Positions 27,030 through 41,250 of a stretch of DNA of 64,000 nt are shown in pieces. Source of the DNA: Octopus vulgaris. Its lineage: Eukaryota. A model generated the notes under the pieces. It did no database searches, was not told where the DNA came from, and saw only the letters and a list, made by a program, of their open reading frames with translations. Each line of letters opens with the position of its first letter. The first letter of the stretch is position 1. The stretch spans positions 70,060,001 to 70,124,000 of the forward strand of contig OX597821.1 in NCBI GenBank assembly GCA_951406725.2, read 5' to 3'. Made by a program: the position numbers and the translations under genes.

Positions 27030-27210
27030 GAAATACCCAAGGTAGAGTAATATGCTTTTATTAAAGCTGTACAGTTATCACAAAAACTATTACTCAGAGT
27101 TTCACCTTCCCGTTCGTCGGACAATATTCATCACAACTGTCCAACGAACAACTACGTGAAACTCTGAGTAACAGTTTTTATGATCATTTTGCAGCTTTAA
27201 TAACGGTATA
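27030..27210. mobile_element. Fold-back element with two inverted hammerhead copies (family P1)
   Basis: Minus 27086-27125 reads auugu CCGACGA acgggaaggu GAAAC ucuga GUA auagu. Plus 27135-27176 reads aacugu CCAACGA acaacuacgu GAAAC ucuga GUA acaguu. The same family occurs at 34393-34470, 35288-35457 and 36205-36348. Confidence 0.7.
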
Positions 27211-27233
27211 TTTCTCTCTCTCTCTCTCTCTCT

Positions 27234-27283
<50 letters not shown>

Positions 27284-27476
27284 AAGACAGACGGACAGTT
27301 TGGTAGACGGATGGAGATAAATAGGCAGATAACTATTTTTTAATATATTCATATAAATTTTTCACACACACATATGTACACACGCACATGTATACATGCA
27401 TACGTGCATACATACATTCATACATGCATACACATAAATACATACATTTATACATACGTATAAATACATACATGTA

Positions 27477-27637
27477 GGTGTAAGAGTAGCTGTGTGGTAA
27501 GTAGCTTGCTTACCAAACATATGGTTCCGGGTTCAGTCCCACTGCGTGGCACCTTGGGCAGGTGTCTTCTACTAGCCTCGGGCCGACCAAAGCCTTTTGA
27601 GTGGATTTGGTAGACGGAAACTGAAAGAAGCCCGTCG

Positions 27638-27692
<55 letters not shown>

Positions 27693-27900
27693 ATATGTTT
27701 GTGTGTCTGTGTTTGTCCCCCCAACATCGCTTGATAACCGATGCTGGTGTGTTTAGGTCCCCGTAACTTAGCGGTTCAGCAAAACAGACCGATAGAATAA
27801 GTACTAAGCTTACAAAGAATAAGTCGTGGGGTCCATTTGCTCGACTAAAGGCGGTGCTCCAGCATGGCCGCAGTCAATTGACTGAAACAAGTAAAAGAGT
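27477..27900 (+). mobile_element. SINE family A, full length
   Basis: B-box-like ggttcagtccc, ccttgggcaggtgtcttct, internal TA/TG linker, and tail cagtcaattgactgaaac. Confidence 0.9.
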
Positions 27901-28458
27901 ATACATACATGCGTGCGTACATATACTCATTTATACACACATACATACACATACATGCACACATACACTCATATACCCATACACACACACATACAGGTAT
28001 CCGTACCTGCATACATATACACAGAGCTGGCGGCGTCGCTAGCACGTTGGATGAAATGGTTAGCGTTACTCTGCCCGCCGCTCCGTTCTGAGTTCAAATT
28101 CCGACGAGGTCAACGTTCAGCGTTGATAAATTAAGTACCAGTTGTGTACTCGAGTCGATGTGGTTGACTATTTCCCTTCCCTGAATTCCAGGCCCTGTGC
28201 CCATCCATGGCACAAAGGATTTATACATACATCACAGCTTAGCAGGCGACGTGTAAGTAAGCATGCGTGACCAACAAATTTAGTTTGGCGAAAGAGGCGG
28301 TTACTTAGCAGTGGCGGGAGATAGAATGGGGTGGAGTAGACAAGAGATAAGGGTGGAGTAGAGAAATGATAGGCAGAGCATGAAGGAGAGAAATACAGAG
28401 AGTGAGGTGGGAGAGTGGGAGGGTGAAGCAAAAGGTGACATGCGTTAGTGTTGATGAA

Positions 28459-28493
<35 letters not shown>

Positions 28494-28659
28494 TAATGGA
28501 GGGAGAGAAAGAGAATCAGAGTGTGTGTGTGTTTGTGTGTGAAAGAAATGTATTATTAAATGCACACAAACACATTTAAATATGCATTATTTATATAGAG
28601 TTGTTACAATGTATGTAGGTGCGTATGTGTCAGTGAGTGTATATATATATATATATATA

Positions 28660-29058
28660 GGCGCAGGAGTGAGTGAGTGGTAAGTAGCTTGTTTACCAAT
28701 CACATGGTTCCGGGTTCAGTCCCACTGCGTGGCACCTATAGTCTTCTACTATAGCCTCGGGCCGACCAAAGCCTTGTGAGTGGATTTGGTAGACGGAAAC
28801 TGAAAAGAAGCCCGTCGTATATATGTATATATATATATGCATGTGTGTGTTTGTGTGTCCATGTTTGTCCCCCTAGCATTTGCTTGACAACCGATGCTGG
28901 TGTGTTTATGTCCCCGTTACTTAGCGGTTCGGCAAAAGAGACCGATAGAATAAGTACTGGGCTTACAAAAGAATAAGTCCCGGGGTCGAGTTTCTCGATT
29001 AAAGGCGGTGCTCCAGCATGGTCGCAGTCAAATGACTGAAACAAGTAAAAGAGTAAAA
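28660..29058 (+). mobile_element. SINE family A, full length
   Basis: Same head, linker and tail as 34840-35240. Confidence 0.9.
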
Positions 29059-29074
29059 GAGAAAAAAAGGAGGA

Positions 29075-29164
<90 letters not shown>

Positions 29165-29479
29165 ATATATATCATATTTTCCAAGAAGATTACTATTGAC
29201 GAAGCTATTTTCGATGTGACGGAAACTTCGAAGTCACACTCAATAAATTTTTTGCTTAAGAATAATAAATTTGTACTCTACAAAAGTACAGAGTAGCCCA
29301 TCACATTAATTTTTTTTTATTATAACAACCATTAATATGCATGTGTGTGTGTGTGTGTGTGTATGTCTATATACAGTTATATATATATATATATATATAT
29401 GTCTATATATATATATGTCTATATATATATATATATATGTCTATCTATATATATACATATATATGTCTATATATATATA

Positions 29480-29534
<55 letters not shown>

Positions 29535-29641
29535 TTTGATACTTTGATAGGTTTCGGCCATTATTGGCCCAGGCCATGTCTAACTTAATAGCACCACCTG
29601 GTAATAACGAGATGGAGAATATATATGTCTCTATATATATA

Positions 29642-29719
<78 letters not shown>

Positions 29720-29801
29720 TATGTATATATATATATATACCTATAAAGTTATATATATATATACCTATAAATATATAGACATATATACCTATAAATATAT
29801 A

Positions 29802-29888
<87 letters not shown>

Positions 29889-29984
29889 ACATACATACAC
29901 ATGTGTGTGTATGTATATATATATACCTACATACATACACATGTGTATATAGATAGGTAAATAGATAGATAGATAGATAGATAG

Positions 29985-30017
<33 letters not shown>

Positions 30018-31024
30018 AACAGACAAATAGACGCACAAGTATATAATAACTTATTAAGGCATACCTTTCTAGCGATGACCATCGCATGCATAAGTGCATA
30101 TTTTATGTTTTGTGCTCGTCTATTTTGTGTGTGTGTGTGTGTGTGCGTTCTCCCGTGCATTATGTAATAGTTAGCCAGTCCTACACAAGAAATGATCCCT
30201 TATAGATCTGAGCAAATCGCACAACAAGCGCGACGGACAACAGTCCTCGGTGCAAAGCCTCAGTGCTCTCTCTCTCTCACACACACACAAAGCTCGTTAA
30301 GCGCTCTATGTGGCTTCAGAACCCGCTGGAAATAGCAGTCAAACTTTCTTTATATGAAACTTTATTGTAAATATGGAAAGATTTTTCCGAAAGTAATATA
30401 TCTCATCTTAAACACGGAATTGTCACGGCAGGATTGGCTTTTCTTGACAGCCTGCTCTATAAGCCTTGTTCTGCGTTTAAACAATAGGAAAAACAACACC
30501 AGCAAATAATAATTCAAGCAAGCAGAGCAAAGGGCGGTTCTGCGCTTTCGCCAGAGCCGGGTTGGCAACATTATTAGCGCGAATCCGAAGAGAAGTGCTC
30601 AAGTAAAAGTTGTAATGAATGATGGAATAATTAAACGCGATATTAATGGATGATGTAAATCTTTAAATCTTGGTCCAGGGCCAGCCGTTTTGAGGGAGGG
30701 GGCAAATCGATTGCATCGGCTACAGCGATCGACTGGTCCTTTATTTTCTCGAGCCCGAAAGGGAAAAGTACACCTCCGCTCTAAACATTTCTGTCCGGCG
30801 TTCATTCGGGCAGCTCGCCGTCTTCATTTCTCTCTTTAATATTATCCATATATTCACTCACACATACATACACATGTATGTATGCATGTATGCATGTTTA
30901 TGTATGTATGTATGTATGTATGTATGTATGTATGTATGTATGTATGTATGCATGCATGCATGCATGTGTGTATGTATGTATGTATGTATGTATGTATGTA
31001 TGTATGTATGTATGTATGTATGTA

Positions 31025-31115
<91 letters not shown>

Positions 31116-31149
31116 GTGCATGCATGCATGTGTGTATGTATGTATACTC

Positions 31150-31571
31150 TTACTCTTTTTTACTCTTTTTACTTGTTTCAGTCATTTGACTGCGGCCATG
31201 CTGGAGCACCGCCTTTAGTCGAGGAACTCGACCCCGGGACTTATTCTTTTGTAAGCCCAGTACCTAGTCTATCGGTCTCTTTTGCCGAACCGCTAAGTAA
31301 CGGGGACATAAACACACCAGCATCGGTTGTCAAGCAATGCTAGAGGGGGGGGGGACAAACACAGACACACAAACACACACACGCACATATATATATATAC
31401 ATATATACGACGGGCTTCTTTCACTTTCCATCTACCAAATCCACTCACAAGGCTTTGGTCGGCCCGAGGCTATAGTAGGAGACACTTGCCCAAGGTGCCA
31501 CGCAGTGGGACTGAACCCGGAACCATGTGGTTGGTAAACAAACTACTTACCACACATGTACACTCCTGTGC
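31150..31571 (-). mobile_element. SINE family A, full length
   Basis: Reverse complement of the family A consensus seen at 34840. Confidence 0.9.
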
Positions 31572-34339
31572 ATGTATGCATGTACGTATGTATGTATGTA
31601 TGTATGCATGTTTGTATGTATGTTTGTAAGTGTTCGTGTGGGCATGCGCGTACACACACTCACACACACACACACACACACATGCGCGTGTATAGATGTA
31701 TGTTATCTAGAGATAGATAGAAAAAGAGTCAGAGAGCGATAGACATCCCTGTCTCACTTTCTATGTATGTATATATATGTGTGTACATGCATGTGTGTAT
31801 GCATGTATGTAGGTATGATAGTAAAATGTATGTATGTAGGTATGATAGTAAAATGCGTGTGTCTATGTGTGTGTATTTGTGTGTGCTTTCCAAAATTAAT
31901 GCATTTTCTTAGCAGTGTCCATCTCATTTCGGTGGACGTTCAGAAAGACACGTGACCACTGATCCTTGTCTTCTGACCAACTTATAAAAAGTAAATAAAT
32001 AAAAGACACCACACATTACCACCTAACCTCCCCCCCTACGCACACCGCCATACAAATTTAGTTTTTGTGTATTTTAAATATTTTTTTTTTTTTCATATTG
32101 CAGACACAAACACAAATATCTATTTTCAGGCCTATACATAACATACGTGTGGGTGTGTATAGTGTACATATATCTATGTATACATCCATACGTGTTTGTG
32201 AGTGTGTGTGTGTGAAAATAATCTAAGCAGAAAATTTGCACATTTAAAAAAAAAATTTTTCTCACCTGTCTCATATATTTCTTTTTTTCTTTTTTATCTC
32301 ACCTATCTCACCTTGTCTCGTATATTTCTTCCTTGTTTCTTCTTTGTTGATTCATCACCTCATGTCTATTAATTTCATTTTTCTTATAAATGTTATGAAA
32401 GTCGTTCTCCGCCCCCCCCCCGCCCCCGCATCCTTTATATCTATTCATAACATTATGAAGAGTTCTTTCCGGAGAGTGGGTTGAAAGGAGGAGGAGGAGG
32501 AGGAGAATGGTGGGGTATGAATACTTGTTCTTACATTATTTTAGTTGTTATTGTTGTAGCTTAATCCCGAGTAAACCCGGTAAACCATAATTGTGCAGGC
32601 AGTCCTACGATACGAGAGAACCTATTCCAGTCTTGCAGGGTCCGAAATTCCACCCCCAGTTTTTTGTTTGCTTGTTTTAGAATTTGCGGTGTGATTTAAT
32701 GTAGATTTGGTTGCTATTTCTAGCATGTCGAGCGACTATGTAAGCGCTCCTGTAGCTGACGGTAAAATGAAAGAATATAAATGCGATAGGCTTCGATAGA
32801 ATTCGTTTGGAGTGGTTGTTGATTAATTTTCTTATTTTACTCGACCCCCATGTTTCACAGGGTAGGTTATCGGGTTTCCATGGCTTTGTAATTGAGTGAC
32901 TGGGGTCACATCATCCCCCCTGAATGAATCGATGGTCCGATGCAAGGATTCCAGGCCAGCAATTTTGAGAGGAGGGGAAAATTGCTGTACATCGACCCCA
33001 GTACTGGATTGGCATTTTATTTCATCGATCTCCGAAGAGGTGAAAGGCAAAGTTCACCTCAGCAGGATTTGAACGCAGAAAGTAAACAGCCGGAAGAAAT
33101 GCCGCTATGTGTTTTTCGTCCGACCTGCTAATGATTCTGCCATCTTTTAAATTATGTTATAATGAAATATGTTTGTTTTAATGACGATATTTCTGGTCTT
33201 TTAGGGTAAGCGAATGGAGGGGCCTGCGTGTGGTCGCTTGACCATCTATGAACAGCAGTCAAACGTCATGCACCCCGAGTACCGTAAAAGAGGATGAATG
33301 AATTATATAATGGGTTCCCGGATAGTTACTATCTGCCTGAAAATAATAGATGCATTGGTCACAGTTGGAAGGTCATCGCCCCGCTTGAAAGATGACATAA
33401 ACTGGAACAACAACAACGAACACAGCAACAGCAACAGCAATGAGTCAAAGAGGGAGCTTGTGCATAGTCAATGTACCTGCTAGAAAATCGCATCATATCT
33501 ACCTCAAATTAGGCAAAAATCAGCGGGATGGACACGGCTGAAACAGCATCGATCATAATTGGAGATAAATAGAAACAACAGATGCAATTAAATTAAAGTT
33601 TTGATGACGCTACTCAGAGGCTATTAATTAGGAAAGCAAATGATGCAAGTTTATAAAAAGTACCCAGGGTTGGGAGACAGGAATTTTAATAAGCAATTGT
33701 TTGGCAAGAATATGGCAAGAAATAAACAAGTCACGTTAATCTGCCGGTCTGGGGGGAAAGAACTAACGTTCTGGACTTTCATTAGATTTATTTCTTAAGA
33801 ATATCTGAGAGAGGAAGTAGAGAGAAAAAGTGGTATATAATAAATTATGAGTGGAGAAAATTTGTAAAATTTAAAACTAAAAAAAAATTAATATTTGAAT
33901 ATGAAAAATTTCTTATTTGAAAGGAAGCAAGATTGCAGAATGACGAAGGAGTCGCAGAAATTGCTTGGCGGCATTTTTTCCCAACTCAATTACGTTCTGA
34001 GCTGAAATCGGAACCAAGGCCAATTACGCTTTTCTTCCTTTCAGGGTCGATGAAAAAAAGTTAGATTTAAACAGAGCTGAAACACCTTCCTTCGAAATTA
34101 CTCTCCTTGTGCCAAAATTAGAAAGAAAAAGAAAATGTTTTCAAATCACAATGATTTCAACACCAAGATATTTTTGTTTCTACAAAAAACAAAAAAAAAA
34201 ACAAAAATAATTAAATAAATAAAAAAAATACGAATTGGTAGCGTAGTGCGACAACGTTGTGACCGAGTCGCAGTTTGCAGCGAAGGAAATCTTTGCCACG
34301 AAATTACAAAGAATAAACATTTAAGTTGACGGTGACCTT

Positions 34340-34375
<36 letters not shown>

Positions 34376-34631
34376 TGTATGTATGTATTTACCAAAGTAA
34401 GCACATAAATGTGAAACAAGGTGAGAAAAATACTACTCGAATACCGGAGGTAGGGTAATATGTTTTATTATTCTTAAGGTAATATATATAAACTCTATAT
34501 TGAGTGAGATAACGGTATGGACGATTTTTCGGAGTCCAATAATACCATGTACACCTATTTGATTATGAAGATTTACAAACATACTTTCCCAGTGATACTC
34601 GGTGATACAAGTCTTTGGTGCAGCAATTGCA

Positions 34632-34726
34632 TGCGGCTGAAGAGGGCTTTTAAACTATCTGTTATGTCGATTATGCATTGATGTAAGAATAAGTGGTTCT
34701 ATAAAGCTCGAAACATATGTACCGCG
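34632..34726 (+). ncRNA. Type I hammerhead ribozyme motif with very long stem II
   Basis: gcgg CUGAAGA gggcuuu...(52 nt)...aaagcuc GAAAC auau GUA ccgc. Stem III is palindromic (ACAUAUGU). Predicted cleavage is after 34721. Confidence 0.8.
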
Positions 34727-34765
34727 ACATCCTTTGCGTCGTGTTTTTCATTTTATTTCTTTTGA

Positions 34766-34839
<74 letters not shown>

Positions 34840-34841
<2 letters not shown>

Positions 34842-35240
34842 CGCAGGAGTGGCTGTGTGGTAAGTAGCTGGCTAACCAACCACATGGTTCCGGGTTCAGT
34901 CCCACTGCGTGGCATCTTGGGCAAGTGTCTTCGGCTATAGCCCCGGACCGACCAATGCCTTGTGAGTGGATTTGGTAGACAGAAACTGAAAGAAGCCTGT
35001 CGTATATATGTATATATATATGTGTATATGTGTATGTGTGTGTGTTTGTCCCCCTAGCATTCCTTGACAACCGATGCTGGTGTGTTTACACCCCCGTCAC
35101 TTAGCGGTTCGGCAAAAGAGACCGATAGAATAAGTACTGGGCTTACAAAGAATAAGTCCCGGGGTCGATTTGCTCGACTAAAGGCGGTGCTCCAGCATGG
35201 CCGCAGTCAAATGACTGAAACAAGTAAAAGAGTAAAAAGA
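34840..35240 (+). mobile_element. SINE family A, full length (tRNA head, CORE-like middle, LINE-derived tail)
   Basis: ggcgcaggagtggctgtgtggtaag (A box), ggttcagtccc (B box), cttgggcaagtgtcttc, and tail ggcggtgctccagcatggccgcagtcaaatgactgaaac. Confidence 0.9.
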
Positions 35241-35241
35241 G

Positions 35242-35286
<45 letters not shown>

Positions 35287-35478
35287 CCGGAGTAAGCTCA
35301 TAAATGTGAAACAAGGTGGAAAAAAGAGTACTCAAATACCAGAGGTAGAGTAATATGCTTTATTTAAAGGCAGCAGAAATATAACAATAGCTGTTCGGAA
35401 AATGAAACTCTGAGTAACAGCTTTTGCTATATTTCTGCTGCTTTTAAATAAAGTATATATATATATATATATAGTATA

Positions 35479-35677
35479 AACAGAATGAGATAAAAAGAAA
35501 TCCAAGGCTGTGAATAGTTTTCAGAACATTTATAAAGAGAAGGCCTTACAGCTGTTTCCGGGATATTTTATATATCGCATCATCAGAGACACTGCGAGAA
35601 AATGTTACCCGTAAGACCTTCTCTATAAATGCTCTGAAAACTATTCACAGCCTTGAAGCTTTTTATCTCATTCTGTT
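35479..35677. mobile_element. Fold-back element (~65-70-bp arms) carrying a hammerhead
   Basis: aacagaatgagataaaaag...gagaaggccttac is inverted relative to gtaagaccttctc...ctttttatctcattctgtt. It is flanked by TA runs. Confidence 0.8.
35543..35590 (-). ncRNA. Type I hammerhead ribozyme motif, canonical core
   Basis: Minus strand reads gucu CUGAUGA ugcgauauauaaaauaucccg GAAAC agcu GUA aggc. Stem III is palindromic (ACAGCUGU), and stem II has one C-C mismatch. Confidence 0.8.
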
Positions 35678-35835
35678 AATTTTTATATATACGCATGCTA
35701 ATAATACACGACCCACCTTGGACTCCTCCTTCGTATCATTACCGAACCTGGAGCTTAACTATAGTCTCTCCATAGCACTTACTCAGCGTTACCTGACACT
35801 TTTGGGTCTTCTTGACACCAATACTTCTCATACCC

Positions 35836-35876
<41 letters not shown>

Positions 35877-36379
35877 TTATGTATGCATATGTGTGCGTGT
35901 GTATATATATGCATATATATATATATATATATATATGCACATCGGACGTGTGTGTGTATGTATGTTTGCATCTCCCTCAAGATGTACATATGTTTGAATT
36001 TACAAAGAAATAACAAATTAGTTGTTTTTGTCGCAAGTTAGTTGACTTGATATAAAAGCTGTTTATAAAATTAAAATGATTAACTTGCAGCAAATTATAG
36101 AATAAGATGCGTATATGAAGAGTTTGACAATGGTTAAAACGAAATTGAATGAACACATATATTCTTAGGAATCTATCTATCTCACTATCTATCCATCTAT
36201 TCACTGGAGTAAGCACATAAATGGGAAACAAAGTGGGAAGAAAAAGAGTACTCAAATACCAGAGGTAGAGTAATATGCTTTATTAAAAAGCAGCAGAAAT
36301 AGAACAAAAACTGTTACTCAGAGTTTCACGTTCCCGTTCGCCGGACCATCTATTCAGAAATATATTTTTTCTTATTCTT

Positions 36380-36657
36380 TTATTCTTTTACTTGTTTCAG
36401 TCATCTGACTACGGCGATGCTGGAGCACCGGCTTTACTCGAACAAACCGATCCCAGGACTTTGTAAGCCTAATACGTACTCTATCGGATCACTTTTGCCG
36501 AACCGCTAAGTTACGGGAACGAAAACAAACCAGCATCGGTTGTCAAGCGATGGTGGGAGGACAAACACAGACACACAAATATATATATATATATATATAT
36601 ATTTGTATATATACTCTCTAAATATGTATGTGTGTGTCTGTGTTTGTCTCCCCCCCC

Positions 36658-36712
<55 letters not shown>

Positions 36713-36876
36713 GCCACGGGCTTCTTTCAGTTTCCATATACCAGATCCACTCATAAGGCTTTGGTTGGCCCGAGGCTGTATTAGAAGATACTTGTCCAAG
36801 GTGCCACGTAGTGGGACTGAACCCGGAACCATGTGCTTAGGAAGCAAGATTCATACCACACAGCCACACCTGCGCC
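36380..36876 (-). mobile_element. SINE family A, full length with expanded TA linker
   Basis: Reverse complement of family A, lying head-to-head with the family B copy at 36900. Confidence 0.85.
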
Positions 36877-36899
36877 TATATATGCACATATATATAAAA

Positions 36900-37127
36900 G
36901 GCGGCGAGCTGGCAGAAACGTTAGCACGCTGGGCGAAATGCGTAGCTGTATTTCGTCTGTCATCACGTTCCGATTTCAAATTCCGCCGAGGTCGACTTTG
37001 CCTTTCATCCTTTCGGGGTCGATAAATTAAGTACCAGTTACACACTGGGGTCGATATAATCGACTTAATCCGTTTGTCTGTCCTTGTTTGTACTCTCTGT
37101 GTTTAGCCCCTTGTGGGTAGTAAAGAA

Positions 37128-37130
<3 letters not shown>
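36900..37130 (+). mobile_element. SINE family B, full length (Meta-domain-like)
   Basis: Head ggcggcgagctggcagaaacgttagc and central gccgaggtcgactttgcctttcatcctttcggggtcgataaattaagtaccag. Degenerate copies lie at ~1035-1163 (-), 9310-9520 (-), 26835-27010 (-), 28023-28220 (+) and 32950-33145 (-). Confidence 0.85.
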
Positions 37131-37199
<69 letters not shown>

Positions 37200-37809
37200 A
37201 TAGAGGTAGCGAGTGTACGAAGTAGTTACACGCATCTGTCTGGCGGTATTTAGCTACGAGTCTAGTTTCCTGCACGTTGAAACCCTACCAAGGTGAACTT
37301 AGCCGTTCTTTCCGAAAGTAAAACATCCATCAAGTCTTGAGGTCGACGTATTCCTCTTCAATGTCGAAGAGAATATGAACGGAACCGACACGAGGCAAAG
37401 ACATGGTGTGAATGCGCGTGCGCGTACATGTTTGTATCTGCATATGTGCGCGTATGTGTATGCTTGTCGGTTTGTGTGTGTGTGTGTGTGTGCCTATGTG
37501 TTTGCAGTGGGAGGAGCAGAATGACTTTTATGTTTTCCATTTCGAAATTTTGATTGAGGTGTTGTCCAATCACAACCTTGAAACACAGTCACGTGAGAGA
37601 TGTGGTTAGCGCAAACGCTGATCTTTCAACCAATCAAGTCGCACTATCAGAACTCTCCTTCCCACTTTCTCTGCGTCTATTATTTTGTCTTTCAAATTTA
37701 GCAATTCAGGCCACGCCCATATATTTAAAGCGTGCTGTCACAGCATTTAATAAGTGTGTGTGTGCTTATGAGTGACCACGTGTGCGTGTGTGTATGTGTA
37801 TACATACAA

Positions 37810-37841
<32 letters not shown>

Positions 37842-38059
37842 CTCACCTTTTTTTTTTCTTGTTTCAGTCACTTTTTAAGACTAATACTTATTCTATCGGT
37901 CGTTTTGGCTGAACCGCTAATTTACAGAGACATAAACACACCAACATCGGTTGTCAGGTGGTGATGGGTGACACACACACACACACACACATACATATAC
38001 ACACCTGTGTGTGTGTGTGTATTTATTTATATACATAAACATATACTCTTTTCTCTTTT

Positions 38060-38449
38060 CTTCTTTTACTTGTTTCATTCATTTGACTGCGGCCATGCTG
38101 GAGCACTGCCTTTAGTTGAGCAAATCAAACCCAGAACTTATTTGCAAGCCTAGTATTTATTCTATCAGTCTCTTTTTACGGGGACGTAAACACATCAGCA
38201 TCGGTTGTCAAGCGATGTTGGGGGGGGGGGACAAACACAGGCACACAAACATACACACACATATACATATATACATATATATCTATATACTACGGGCTTC
38301 TTTCAGTTTCCGTCTACCAAATCCACTCACAAGGCTTTGGTTGGCCTAAGGCTATAGTAGAAGACACTTGCCCAAGGTGCCACGCAGTGGGACTGAACCC
38401 GGAACCATGCGGTTGGTAAGCAAGCAACTTACCACACACCACTCCTGCG

Positions 38450-38451
<2 letters not shown>
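38060..38451 (-). mobile_element. SINE family A, full length
   Basis: Reverse complement of family A. Confidence 0.85.
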
Positions 38452-38517
<66 letters not shown>

Positions 38518-41250
38518 GTGAGAGAGAGAAAGAGAGAGGAAGGGAGAGAGAGGGGGAGAAAGAGAAGACATACGCACATACACAGTTACACAGGCACACA
38601 CATTTGGTTACATGTATTCTGGCCGTGACCATCACGTATTATTCACGCTCAGTATGTTATGCACTCCTGAATTTATCGTATTCTTTTTGTAGTTATTGTT
38701 GTTGTCGTTGCTGGGTTGTTGGTCGTGGCGGTGTCGGTCCTGGTGTTGCTGTTGTTGTTGGCGGTGTGGTGGCGGTGTCGGCGGCGTTGATATTGCTGAT
38801 GTTGTTTAGCTCCCAGGTCAGCACTGATCGTGCAGAACAATGATCAAATGTATTCCATCCATGACCATCGCGTCTTTTTCCGACACACTGGCAATCTAGA
38901 ACCACATAAACCAACGTGTCCCCTTTTTCAATGATGATGGGAAGGGGGTTAAGTCAAACGAAACCCCACTCATTGTCAGAGGTTGGCGGTGATTGTGGCG
39001 AGTGGGGTCATGTATGGGAACTGAGAGTGTTGTTTAGCCTATGATTAAAAGCGTTCTAGTTGTGACTATCTCGACTTATTATTCAGGTGTAAGAAATCCA
39101 GTATTACATCATCGAATACATTGCTACTGTTATAATACAGTAGAATGCTACATGAAAAAGATTTGGCAGCTATTTCTAGCAGGTTGAGCGGTTAACAGCA
39201 GAAGACAGGCATGCTGGTTGGTGGTGGCGGTGGTGGTGGTGGTGTGACAAGGTTGCTACTAATGGATATCATACCAATGCTCTTGATAATGACGGGTTTT
39301 CTCGATAATATTGGCGGCGTTAATAATGATGGGCGGTTCATAGTGATGATGGTGGTGATGATGATGGGCTTTCTTGATAATAATGACAGCGTTGATAATG
39401 ATGAAACTGTTGATAATGATGGAACTGTTGATAATGGTGGTGGTGGTGGTGTTGATGATAATAGCCGGTGACAATACTGTTGATGATAATAGTGTTAAGG
39501 GAGATTATAGTGGTGGGTTTTGGTGATAATAGTAGCGGAAGTGTTGATGATAATACGGGTACGGGTGATAATGGTGTTGGTACTAATGATAATATTGGGT
39601 GTTGTTAGTGATTGTAATGGTGTTGGTGATGACGGTGGTGGCGATGGTGGTGACGCTGATAATAGCGATGACAGTGGTTTTGGTGATGACAGTGTTGCTA
39701 GGGAAAATGTTGATGGTCGCGTTGCGCTGATGACAATGACAATTAGTCTAAATATGATAATGTCTCCTAAACCTCCGCTCTATTCACCGTCACTTGAACG
39801 ATCTTCATCATATTGTCTATAAATAGAAATCAAGTTGTGTCCGTCACGAAGATCTTAAAGACCCCAATCGCCAAATATCGACCGAGATATAAAATAGGAA
39901 ACTTGAGGCGGTGGAACTCTTCCTCTTTGTGAACAGTGAAAGCAGAGCATAACTGACGAGGGGTTTGCTTTGCTAGGTTCATCGTATCCTGTGAGAGACC
40001 AATGTCCTTTGCCCAAAACGAGGGAATTTCTCATTCTCTTGCATCTATCAAAAGCCAGGCACTGATGGACATTACACACCCGTCCAATAAGGATAAATAA
40101 ACGACCGTCGGTCTCATTAATCTGAAGTCATGTAGAATAAAATATTTACCCCGGAAACACGACGAAATGTTTGGCAGTGTGTTTGGTTTCAGACAAGGGG
40201 TCAATCATAATATTATATTCGACTAAACAGTATGTTATTTATTCTGCCAATTTGCTCGTAAGTGTTGTATGAGAAACGGTTTTTCCGTACATTTACTTGT
40301 GATGCACCGGACACATTCTCAATAATATTTCCAAGGGTCATGGCACATTAGGTATTTCGGGTCTTTCTGCATCAGACACTCTCAATCAAGTGATCCAGCC
40401 GAGGTTGCTCAACCCATGTGTCCAATTAGTACTATCCATGGTGACACTGTCCTTTCCAAGCCTCTTGATTCACTGTCACATTCAAACACCATCTGCTTCC
40501 TCTACAGCCACACAAATGACCTTCTGCCTGTTGGCCCCTATAGGGAGATGAACCCTCTAACCCTCTGCTTCCTACCACGACAGAACTACATTCAACGTAA
40601 CAGGGATATAGCATGACAGAGAGAACAGTGGGTTCTCACACTCGTTTGTCTGCTGGTGTAGTTTTGAATGCAGTTTGGTGTCTTAAAGGCAAGCATGTGG
40701 CTTAGCGTAGTGTCAGGTGTGTTAACTGTTGTAAGGTTTGATGTGATTGTCCTAGATTAAGCAATATTAGCAAATGTTCTAAGTAGTCTTTCCTCTTGGC
40801 CGCCTGCAAGTCACCAGCTCATGCTGCACCCCACCCCTTTTACACCACCAACAAAACTTGCTCTTTTAATGACCAGCATCAACCACAACCTCTTAACAGG
40901 TTTCAGTTCAAACGAAATATTCTTAGTGGCAATGAACTCAACTGCTTACTTTCACTTAAACTAGAAAACAACACTCTTGTGAAAAAGGAAATATTCTCTG
41001 ACGCATTGGAGCATCAGGTACTCGGTGTGAAAAACTACGTATGCTCGAGCGGAATGGATGGGACTTATTCTTTGTAAGCCTAGTACTTATTTTATCGGTC
41101 TCTTTTGCCGAACCGCTAGGTTACGGGGACGTAAACACACAAGCATCGGTTGTCAAGCGATGTTGGGGGGAGAAACACGGACACACAAACACACACCCAC
41201 ACACACACACATATATATATATACATGTTTATATATATATACATATATAT

